NCBI GenBank assembly: GCA_039621445.1
Contig: CP154954.1
Location: 21,774,954-21,838,953 of the forward strand
Direction of reading: 5' to 3'
Origin: Euglena gracilis
Taxonomy: Eukaryota
DNA: 64,000 nucleotides
Part shown: piece after piece, positions 11,893 to 22,776 of the stretch
Layout of the letters: each line of letters opens with the position of its first letter
How positions within the stretch are numbered: the first letter of the stretch is position 1
The notes under the pieces: model-generated
Seen by the model: only the letters and a program-made list of their open reading frames with translations
What the model was told of the DNA's origin: nothing
Databases searched by the model: none
Program-made: the position numbers and the translations under genes

Positions 11893-13084
11893 TAGTGTGT
11901 TGTCAAAATTGGTAATTGGCGTATCTGCTTGTTGAATATAGGGTGGTATATCCTTGATCGCATCAATCTGAAAGGTCTTAACGTTGAATATGTGCACGGT
12001 GCATATTTATAGTTCACCCTCCCCGGGGGGGGGTGCCATGGGCAGGCGGGGGGGATTTTCGACCCCCAGGGGGCAGTGGTTTTGCGGAGGGGGCCCCATA
12101 CCACCCACCTCTTCAAACCAAGGGGGGGTCTGGGACCCCCTTACAACAGGAAAAAGTTTTCCAGCGATTCGCGCTTTCGCGCTGGGGAAGGGAAATTTTT
12201 CTGGGTATGTTTTGACCGATTTTTCAAAAAAAGTTGCAAAATCGCGCTTTTGGGACTTTCTCAAAGCCCAAAAGTTTTCTGGCACTTTGTACCGGAAAAT
12301 TTTTTTGCACAAGAGGGGGGCTTGGACCGACCCTTCGCGGAGGAGGTGCAGCCCCCCCCCCCAGAGGTCGTGTAGGAGGGTTCAAGCTCGAACCTCCTCG
12401 GTCGTTTTTAAGCCCCCCTCAAGAGGGCGGGGAATTAAAAATCCTCTCAAAGGAGCTTGAACGACATTCGAGGAGTGTCTCGAACCTCCTCGAATGACCT
12501 CGCATGCAGGCATCACGAGATGGAGATGTTTCAGATGTGCTTTTCCCTGTTAATGTATCTTTCTTTGTTGAATTCTTGCGTCCTTCTTCACCGGCAGGGT
12601 GTGGAAGAGAGAGACAGAGACAGAGAGAGAGAGCGATAAAGAAAGGGAGAGCGAGCAAGTTACGTTGTTAATTTGAAGGTACAGGGTAAGGTCAACATGC
12701 ACACAATAAGAGTTGGCAGATAAAAGGATTTATGGAGCCCTCTGAACAATTGCGTACAAAAAGGCATGGGCAACAAAAGGGAGGTGCACACATAGCACAC
12801 CTCACACAAGGGACTTTTTTTATTTTGCCCAAAAGGGATTTGCAGACCTCGAACGGCATTTCAGGAGGGCATCAAGCCTTCTCGATGAGGAGGAGGTTCG
12901 AGACCCTCCTCAAACGACATGCGAGGAGGTCCACACCCCCCTTGAATGACCTCGAACGTCATTCGAGCAGGGTCGAGACCCTCCTCGAGCACATCCGAGG
13001 AGGGTCGAAACCCTACCCCCACAGTCCATCCCTTACCGTAACTCTCCCACCCCCCCGCTCCTCCCACTCACCCTAATACGCTAA

Positions 13085-13310
13085 TATGTGCGATCAAGAG
13101 TCGCGTAAGCAATGAAAGAATGGGAAGTTTTTCTCCATCAAGGCTGGCGTCTCCCTTGGCTGGGCAGCCGGAGGCCTCTGAGCGGTGGCCTGCCGCTGCT
13201 GAGGATCCTGCAGTCCCATCAATGGCAACAAGATGGTCAATCTGCTGGGATGGCTGTTGGTGAGGGGCAATGGCTGGCACGTGTTTCTTCCCCTCCATTT
13301 GTTGCCAGAC
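13085..13310 (-). CDS. Possible exon of an unidentified minus-strand gene (other candidate islands at ~8850-8990 and ~14880-15370)
   Basis: Non-repetitive open frame MEGKKHVPAIAPHQQPSQQIDHLVAIDGTAGSS…LPILSLLTRLLIAH between repeat blocks. No domain recognised and splice sites unresolved. Confidence 0.3.
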
Positions 13311-15847
13311 CAACCACAGGAGGAGGTATTCCGGCCTGGAATAAACCAGAATGAAACAGAATGAGAAAATCAAAATAAACCAGAATAAAAATTTTATTTG
13401 AATGTTTGGAAAATTCAAAGAAGAAATGAAAGCCAAGGTGAGGCTGCAGCTTTTGTGGACATTATTGGCATTTATTTCAAATTTTCTCCCAATTTTGAAA
13501 AGTTTTTGACAATTTTGGTCAATTTTGGTCAATTTTTGTCAAAAAGCTTTTTGTGTTGTGTGTTATTTTTCTACTGAGTTCTTGTGGTTGGTAAACCCTC
13601 CCAATAAAAAAAAACCCCCCACCCAAATAATAACCCCCCCCAAAAATAAGACCCCCCCAAAATAAGACCCCCCCCACGCCCCGGCCATCGAGCAAAACTC
13701 CTAAGACCCCCCCCTAAATAAGACCCCTTGCCGAAGGCCCACTAATATGAATGTCAATTATTATGAAAAACAGAAATCATCAGGCGCTGTCCTGCTGATT
13801 CTTGTCCCTAATTTGTTCCCCCTTTCTCCTTTCTTTACCGGCCGCCTGCCAAACCTGTGAGCTCCATTTGATGCCTCTTGAGCCCCCCCTTTGCATTTTT
13901 TTTTTCTCCCATTTTTCATTGACATTTGTCTTTTGTGTAAAAAGCTTTGTGTGTGTTATTTTATTGAGTTCTTGTGGTTGGTAAACCCTCCTCCCAATCC
14001 CCCAATAATAACCCCCCCAAAATACCCCCCAAAGAACCCCCCCCCCCCCATGAAAGCCCCTTAAGACTCGTCCCGGCGGGGGGGACGGTGAATCTTTTCC
14101 TTGAAAAATTACCAAAAACCCCAATTTCAAACACAAAAATGATGAAATTTCAAAAAATTTTAGATTTTGAAGTGCAAAAAAACATGTTAAATGTCAAATT
14201 ACACCAATTTACACATGGCGCGAAGCGCCGAAGGAAAAATTTTAGCAGCCTTGGGAACCTGAAAAATGGTGCTTTTAGGGCCCGGGTCAGTCAAGAAAAA
14301 ATCCAAAAATAAGACCCCCCCCCCAAATAAGACCCCCCTGGAGGCTTCCAGCAACAGACCCAAAAATAAGACCCAGGTCTTATTTTTTGGGGGGGGTTTA
14401 CTCTCCCCCAAATGATTGAATCATGAAACCTCCTATCTTTTCCTGTTTTGCCTTTATGTTTTGTGGGGGGATCGTTCAACAAGGTCTTTTATTTAAGCCA
14501 GAACACAAGAAAACCTCAAAAAGGTGTCCTCTTGTCAGGAAGGTCTCTCATCATAGGGTGACTGTTTGCACAGGTGAGCACAAAGTGAGCACACGTAAGC
14601 ACAGTACTGATAAAATTAGGACGTGACGAGAAGTGACAGAGAAATCTGTGTTGTACAAAATCTCTCTTTCTCATCATGTCACGTTGGAAACAGGCTTCCT
14701 TTTAAGGAGGTGCACACATGCTGTGGCACTTTCGACCCCTCCCCGGGACTGCAGGATGGGATCCGGTTTGGGGGGTGGGTAGGATTTTAGCACCCCCCCC
14801 CAAATGGTTCTTTACAGAGAAATTTGGATGGGCCGGCAGGGCCCTGGGGTCCGAGGTCGACCCCGCATAACACAGTGGCCCCCCGGCGATGGTCCGCGGT
14901 CGCCCGCCTCGTTGACATCGCCCCGCAGCCCCGCCAGCGGCTGCAGCAGTGTGGCCGGACCGGTCTGCCACGGGGCCCTCCCCGGCCCGGTCGTGCGTGA
15001 CCGATGAGCGACCCAAGGGTGGGGGGGGTGTTGCCGGCGGATCGCCGTCCGGGCCAACAGTGTGCGTGTGCTTTGCTCTGCGGGGACCAACAGAACTGAA
15101 GGACACAGCGGCTTTGCGCCAGAACATGCCGGGGCTCCCCGTCCTTTCCAACGCTGCTCCCCAATGGATGAGACTCCTTCGCCCAAGTCCGCCAAGCTGC
15201 CAAGGGGACGGCCCTGGCCCGCCCCTCCCTCCCACCCCCCAGCCTCCCCAGCCCCCCGGCCTCCCCCTCGGGCCGGGGTTTGTTCCCCGCGCCCGCCGCG
15301 CCGCCTCCGCCGCCGCCGCCGCTGTGCCGTCACGCCAGTCGCCGCCTCCGCCTCCGCCTCTGCCTGCCAAGCGAGCCCACCCCGCTGGCTGGCTCCCCGT
15401 GGTGAACCCCTCGTTGCCGCGAATGGTCTTGTGTGAGTGAGTTGGTGCAGCGCCAACGTCCGGACGGTGTTCTGCCAGACAGCATTGTCATTTGCTTTCA
15501 TTTGGCTCTCCACAACCCAACCAGCGGAGGGAGCACACATTTGATTATTTTCTTATTTTTCTTTTTTTGGTGAAAATGTGGCTGTTTTGATTTTATTTGG
15601 TGGAAGTGAGTTTGACGAAAGAGAGTTGCATTTTGATTTGAGTTTGAGTTGAGTTTCAGGGTAAAAAGGAGAGACCCAGAAAGCTATGTTTTTTTTGTAT
15701 CTCCTGTTGCATGAAGGCTTCTGAAATATGGGAATACTGAGCCTCCTACACACACACACACACACACATGTGTGTGTGTGTATTTGTTTATTTTGACAGA
15801 CGGATTGATACAAATGGATGGACAGAGAGGCAGAAGATAGATAGATG

Positions 15848-15999
<152 letters not shown>

Positions 16000-16043
16000 G
16001 TTAGATAGATCTATAGATATAGATGTAGATGTGGATGTTAGAT

Positions 16044-16329
16044 CAGGCTGTTTTTTAGTCGAGTGCCGACCCCACCCTGGGGGGTGCCTGCCTGGGCAGG
16101 CACTCCAAGGCACTCCCGATCTGACCCCTCCCCGGCGGGGGGGGGGGGGGTAGGGCACACGGCCAAAAGTGCCCTAGCACAGACCCCGGCGCCTTCGGCG
16201 CCGGGGAGCCAAAAAAAATGGCCAATTTTTAAAGGAATGTGCCTGGGCACAGGCCAAAATCCGATTCCCCAGGGGGGGGGTAATGCCTGCCTGGGCAGGC
16301 ACCCCAGGGTTGGTAAAAAAAACAGCCTG
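16044..16329. mobile_element. hAT-type MITE, family B
   Basis: TIR CAGGCTGTTTTTT / AAAAAACAGCCTG; flanks ATGTTAGAT / ATGTAGAT; internal palindrome GTGCCTGCCTGGGCAGGCAC shared with copies at 38734 and 44580. Confidence 0.88.
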
Positions 16330-18336
16330 ATGTAGATATGGATGCAGATATATTCAAAGATGTAGATAAATGAATGTAAAGATGTAAATACAGACCTCCC
16401 CCCCTTGTCTAAGAACCACCCTTGTCTCAGACCACCACCATCACCACCCTGGTTCTTACTCATCTTTCTGAAGGTCATCTTCATGGGGAGGCCTATTTTG
16501 TGTATGTTTTCAGAGAGATTTCTCTAAAACAGTTTCTCAAAGATTTCGAAATATTAGAAACTTCTGAAGCCTGTTATTGTTGATTTTGCATCTAAATGCC
16601 TATAAGTTCAACATTGGACCTCCAAAGTAAGGGAAAAATTGCTTTTTCGGCACAATCCGCCGGATTTTTTTTGCAATCAAAAATTTTTCCTGTTCTAAGC
16701 ACTCCCCCTGTGCTTACCCATATTTCGGCAAACTAAACACTCCCCTCCCCCCCCCCAATGCTTACCCATCTTTTCCGGTGCTTACCCCCCCCTATGTCCA
16801 ACGACCCCCCTATGCCCAATGACCGCCCCCCCCGGTCAGAGGACACCTTTTCGGAGGTTTGACCAAATTTTTGGTCCCGGCGTGAAGCGCCGGGAAGAAA
16901 AATTTTGGCCAAAATGCCATTTTTGACACTTTTTGGACAAAAATTTGTCAAAATTGCCCAAAATTTTCGGCGCAAAGCGCCGGAAGGGAAAATTTGGGCA
17001 TTTTTGGGTGGGTAGGGACCTGGGTACTCACCAACTTTTTTTTGACCCCATGTCCAACCCCCCCCCCCCCCCGGTCAGAGGACACCTTTTTGGTCACTAA
17101 CCCCCCCCACTTATACCCCCCCCCCCCCACTTACTAACCCCCCCCCACTTACTAACCCCCCCTCGGGCCGACCAACCAAACCGGGACTTATAAACCCCCC
17201 CCCTTCGGGGAAGAAAAATGAAAGCCGCCGGGGACGATTTTTTTCGGCCGCAAAAAAAAAACCACCCCAAAACTGATTTTTTGGCAATTTTTTGAGATCG
17301 ACCATCATCAAAAATGCCATTTTTGACCAAATTTGCCAAAAATTGCCAATTTGGGGGGGTTTCGGGGTCATTTTTGGGTTCGGATTTTCACCAACAATTC
17401 CGGGACTTATAACCCCCCCCCCCCCACTTACTAACCCCCCCCTTCGGCCGACCAACCAAACCGGATCCTACTAACCCCGGGGGGTTTATAAGTGGGGGAG
17501 TTTACCCTATGTCCAACGACCACCCCCCCGGTCAGAGGACAGTGGTTACCGGTCATTGGACATGGGGGGGGGGCGGGGTAGACAAGGGAGGGTAAGGTGT
17601 GGCTGGGGGGACGTGTCGGAATTCCAGGGGTGGTTTGGTGCCACCCGGTTCTGATTTCCTGGGCAAGTCGGAGTTATATTTAGAAATGAGATTAGGGTCA
17701 CGGCCAGCGTTCCGACAGCAACCCACATTTGGGATTTTAGAACAAGTTAGGCCCCATTTCGGGCCCAGTTAGGCCGAATTTTAGGCGAATTTTGGGCGGG
17801 AATATGTGTCTTAAAAGTGAAGGGAAAGGGTTGGCTGCCAGGCAATGGTTTCTTTTTTCGAGCCTGCGACAACCTTCCAAAACAATTGCTTTTTTGTATG
17901 TATCAGATTTTGATATATGTGTATATTTTTTGAATTAATCAGAGTTGTTGTTATTTAGAGATCAGGAGGAGGAACACCAGGAACACTACACACACGCTGA
18001 ACGAACAAACCACTGGATTGCACATTCCATACTTCTCTGGATGAGACTGCGTCTGGACCCCCCCCCCCCGAGCGAGTCAGAAGCCGGAGTTCGAATCGGA
18101 ACCCTGAAAAAGGCCGAACCGGGACCTTCCCAGGCATTTCGGTTGCCCCTCTCGCCGGGCCCCAGCCCCTGCCACCCCCCCCCCCACCCCGCAGAGCCGC
18201 GGGGTGCCTCCGACCGCTGACCAGCCCAGGGAGGCCAGGGCCGCAGCCTGGGGAGCCCCCCCTCGTCCAGGCCCAGGGCACGCCTCTTTCCCCCGGGACC
18301 CCGTCCTTGGGCTCTGGGGAGGGGGAGGGGCTAAGC

Positions 18337-18619
18337 CTGGGGCTTTTTTTTCCAGTCTTGGACCCCCGGGGTGGAGGGGGGTAGGGTGGGTGGGTCCCCC
18401 CTGGGGTAAGCCAGGGTTTTTATACTTTTTGGCGCCGAAGGCACCAAAAAGTTTTGAAGGTGCTATTTCAGCATTTTTCGTGATTTTTTGGCCCATTTTC
18501 GGGGAAAGGTGAGTGGGTCCCCCGGGACTCCCAGGGACTCCTGGGACTCCCGGGGGGGGGGGGAGGGGGCTCCCAGGGGGTGGGTGGGTGGGCCTCCCCC
18601 GGTCTTAAAAAAAACCCTG
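18337..18619. mobile_element. hAT-type MITE, family G (decayed left TIR)
   Basis: Right end CTTAAAAAAAACCCTG; TSD GGCTAAGC / GGCTGAGC (7 of 8); similar to 36666-36933. Confidence 0.8.
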
Positions 18620-19548
18620 GGCTGAGCAGACAAAACAGTCCCGAGCCCCTTTGCCCCGCTGATAGGAGTTGCCCTGCTCAAAACTCCCTTTTTATGAACC
18701 GGCCTCCGGGCAAGCAGAGCCACCATCACGCAGCATCACCCTCCCCATCCAAGAGCCTGGTGAGAAGCCTTGCTTTTTCTTGGTAGCCAACCCCATGAGA
18801 GAACTTGGCACGGCACTGCCTCCCAGTCGCCAACCGCCAAACGCTCGGTGGCCATTTGAGGGAGGCGGCTGCGTGGGAATCCTGGAAACCCAATTGGTGA
18901 GTGGGGGCGACCCACCCCGACCCACCCCTGATGGTTGGGGCTCCAACCCCCTCCCTGACGCTCCTTCCCTTTCGAGCAAAAAAATCACACCCTGCACGGC
19001 GCCATGTTATTGGGGGAGGAGGTGCACCACCGCTCACCTGGGCTTCCCATAGAAGACCTTGGGGGATCCCCTCCCCAGGGCACCTCCCCTCTTTACCAGC
19101 GACAGGGTTTGCTCAACGACGACCCCCGCGGTCGGATGCGATCTTTTTGGATACGAGGTTGTCTCCATAAGGACAGAAATATTTATGGACTATTTTTTTT
19201 AATAGAAAATGACAAAAAATGCCGAAGAAAAAGGCTTTTAGCCCTAGAAGAACGGTTGCAAATCAGCCAAATGGTTGAAATTGGCGTACATACCTTAAAG
19301 TGGTTTGATGCGAGGTTGTAACAAAAAGCCAATAATGGCTTGAGATCATTCTTGAAACACAGTTAAGAGCTGCCTCTTGAAACTGCCAGTGAATCATGGC
19401 TTACCCCAACACACAGACCAAGTCTGTCCATCATGCCCTCATGGCCCTCGCTGCTCCCCTGGACTCCATACATGTCTTCGTCCATGATCCCTATTCCTTC
19501 AGTTGCCCCTTGGCTTGCACCTTTTTTAAATAGTCAGAGGAAGAGGTA

Positions 19549-19786
19549 TAACCCCCCCCCCTAATAGAAGTGCGGGGCGCTACAAGCGCAGGGTCCAAAT
19601 AAAAGCGCTACCCCCGCCGCCGAAAGCGGCGGTCCGCTACAAGCGCACCCCCCATTTTGATGGGATTTATAAAGGAAATCAACAAAAAAATCGTGCAGCT
19701 AGGGTCCAAATAGAAGCGCACCCCCTGCCCCCGGAGGCGGCGGTCCGCTATAAGCGCACCCGTGTTTCCATTAGGGGGGGGGTTAG
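19549..19786. mobile_element. TA-flanked pogo/Tc1-type MITE
   Basis: TAACCCCCCCCCCTAAT…ATTAGGGGGGGGGTTA termini; repeated TA(C/T/G)AAGCGCA motifs. Similar poly-C TIR MITEs at ~29813-30180 and ~52504-52897. Confidence 0.75.
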
Positions 19787-19839
19787 TATATACACACACA
19801 TCATTTGATGTGTATGTGGCAACTGTATTTGTTAAATCT

Positions 19840-20235
19840 CCCCCGGGGGTTCAAAGTGGACCCTTGGTCTAGACGGAGTAAACAACTGGGTCCAGTGAAG
19901 GGCGTAGGGTTGGGGTTGGGACCGGCCAACGGGTTCGGCCACACCCCCGTCGCACAGTCTCCCTTCTGCCCGACCGCAGAGCACGAACCGTAACATACCC
20001 TTTTAGAGTCACCCCAAACGGCAGGGAGGGCCCGTCCCTTGTGTGGGCCGTCCGTTCGGTGCCGTTTACCTTTCTTTTCCCCCTGCTCATCCTGCCTTTG
20101 GGAATCGCGAGGCTGGCCAAGTCGGAAGGATGCGCTTCACAGAGTCCGGCCGGTCCTGACTCTACCCTACGCCTTCGCTAACCCCAGTTGTGCGGTGCAA
20201 GACCAATGGTCTACTTTAATACCCCCTCTGGGGGG
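19840..20235. mobile_element. Long-TIR (fold-back / MULE-like) element
   Basis: ~85-bp imperfect inverted arms (…AAAGTGGACCCTTGGTCT…CAACTGGG…GGCGTAGGGT…GGACCGGCC versus the reverse complement at 20147-20232). No TSD found. Confidence 0.7.
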
Positions 20236-22199
20236 TATTGAAAGGTACGCCTGCCATAGATGGCCATTTATTAAATACCATATTGACAAACAGCTTCAGT
20301 GAATATCCCAGTCCCACAGTCGCCGGTCTTCCCTTGTATTTCATTTGGATTTGCCACAGCTGGAGATTCCTTGTCGTTTGTTTGTCTTTGCAATTATGTC
20401 GATGAAGGCTAAAAACAGGCACATATAGGCAAAGATATGCACATGTATGTGCATACACAGTCTTAGACAGGATTTCACATGCACCCAAAAATAATTTAAG
20501 CCCCTTATTAAAAGAGAGAATTCAATTTATTGACATCAGAGGCGAATGCTGGTTTATGATGTGTGTCCTGAGCCTTCATTTGCACCATAGGACTTTATTG
20601 GACTGGGCCGGAGCGTTATTCTCCGAGGGTGCTGGGCATACTCCTCTAGACCAATCCGACAGGGTCCTATGGTGCAAATAGAGGTTCTGAGCGCACATGG
20701 TGAACCAACATTGGCTCTAATTTCACTGAATTTCACCGGGACTTTGACAATAAATGTATTTTTGTTCTGGGAGGTCAGTGTGATTAGACATGTCCATTTT
20801 AATCAACGTGAAGCAGGCTTCCGCTGAACTTGAAAGACCCCTGAGGGTCTGAGGGGGCTCCCCGAGCCAGGGGTCCAGGTATTTGAGAAATGTTTCAAAT
20901 GGCCTCTTTTGGGTTTTGGGGGGGTTTCCTGCGTCGACCTGGGCCCCGGGGGCTTAAAACCTGGTATCAAGTCAGTTCTGTCTCAGATTGTACATATGAA
21001 GTAGCAACGTTGCAACAGTGTGTTCCATTAGCATTTGTCATTCCCTTCCCACCCCCCCTCATGCTTTGAATCACGTCGTGTTTACATTGGGTCTCAGGGC
21101 TGCAGGACTTCCCAGTTAAGATTCAACCCAAGGGACTTTCCGAAGGCCTCCACATTGTCGCCTGAACCCCTTTCCTCCCATTCGCCCTTCCCGATCTACG
21201 ATGGCTTTCCATGTTTTGGCTCGGGACTGCATTTTGGTATATTTTAGCCTCCTCCCCCCCACCTGTCTAGAATGCGCCAGATTGTTTGCAAATTTAATGC
21301 TATGTTTTCTTTCCCCCATTCTTTTGAACGGCTTTGACTAAATCCTCTTCCCATTTGCATTTTGCCATTGGCTCCACAGTCCATCCTTTCCCCTGCCGAA
21401 ACTTTTCCAGCCCATCCACCATCCATTCTCCGCGTGGGAGGGGTGCGAAATGGCTATTATCAAGCTGGCCCCAGGGATTGTAGTTGCCTGGAGCAGAAGG
21501 CACCACCTCCCTCTCGCCTTTCCTGAAATGGAAGCATCCCCGAAGGCTATTTGCCCATTGAAGGTTCCATCAACACCAACGGTGCACCCGAATGTCAGCA
21601 AAATGTGAGACGAATTTTAGAAGTTAATGAGGTTGGCATATTTGAGGGGGGGGATATTTGCTCAACCCCCCATTTATGACCCCCCCATTTATCAGGCCAG
21701 TATTTTGTGCTGAGCTTTTCACATGTGTGAGGGTGTCATGCTGCAGCAGATGTTTGAGGCGTGTGGCAGATGTTTGAGGTCGTCAGCGGCCTGGCGGTGC
21801 GGCATTTTTCCCCCGATTTTTTCGATTTTTTTGACCCAGAAATGACCCAAAATGCATGGGTTTCGGTCCAAAAACGGGGGGCTGAGGGGAGGGTGGGAAA
21901 ACGCTCATTTTCCGCTCAAAAACAGGTTTTCCGGGTCATGGGGTTCGGGCCAAAAATGGGGGGGGCAGACCACTCCTTGGTGCATATCGGCAAAAAAATT
22001 TTATGTATCCTGTGTATCGCCAAAAAAATCCCTTGTGGATCATCATAAAAAATTTTGTGTTCCCCTGTGCATTGCCAAATGTGTATTCCTGTGTATCCCC
22101 ATTTTTCTGTTATTTGTAATTGTCCTCCCTCTGCATCTTCTCCACATGCTTCTCCTCACATGCTGCAGAGAAGCATGTGCGATTCTTGTGCACGTGAAG

Positions 22200-22776
22200 C
22201 AAATGTGCTTGTCTTCTTTCACTTCCTCTCGGGAGCGGGCGGAGACGGAGGACTCTTCAAGCAGCGGCAGCTCCCAGTCGCACCCTGGAGATTCATCCAG
22301 TTCTTTGAACCCCCCACCAAACAAGAAAATCAAATTGCCTGGACGTAAGAGCGAAAAAGGAGAAGAGGTTTCAATCCAGTTAGGAAAACAATCGAAAGTG
22401 GCTTTGTTTTGACCCAGCGATTGGAACGTGGTGTGCTACGTGCCATTCTTTTCGACAACACCCCAAGGTGAGTGTCAGTGGCAAAACGAAAAATGCTTTT
22501 GGCTCTCCCAACGAAAGTGTATTCGTTCCCAAATGTTCACACGAGGACGGAGCATACCACATTGCTGCACAAGGTCTATCCAATCCATCAAATGTGCCCA
22601 TGTCCCATGCGATCATCTCATTGCCGAATACTGTGATTCCGAAAGTGAAGGTGATGCTCCGCACTGTTTTGTTCATGGCCAGGAACGGTCTTGCCTACAC
22701 AAAACTCCGACCTCTGTTGGAGCTGCAAAATGATGCCAAGAGGCAATTCGGCGAGCCTGCCTCTAGCATGTGTTGA
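22200..22776 (+). pseudogene. Truncated hAT transposase N-terminus (TTF-type zinc finger; ZNF862/Tip100-like)
   Basis: EKRFQSS*ENNRKWLCFDPAIGTWCATC…SHEDGAYHIAA…KVMLRTVLFMARNGLAYTKLRPLLELQ. TAG at 22381 lies where Trp is expected. Upstream PPNKKIKL is NLS-like. No DDE core present. Confidence 0.75.

Larger units (their letters stand above)
9400..12000 (-). pseudogene. AT-rich degraded ORF, possibly a MULE-like transposase, split by MITE insertions
   Basis: The reading frame joins across the excised MITEs (…LTTHY|LKTLR…; …LSTLGH|QVAAL…). VTYVDNDEKHCIAVTNALRKLGKVGWGFHYQAI resembles the MULE D…CxxH segment. Many stops and frameshifts. Confidence 0.4.
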
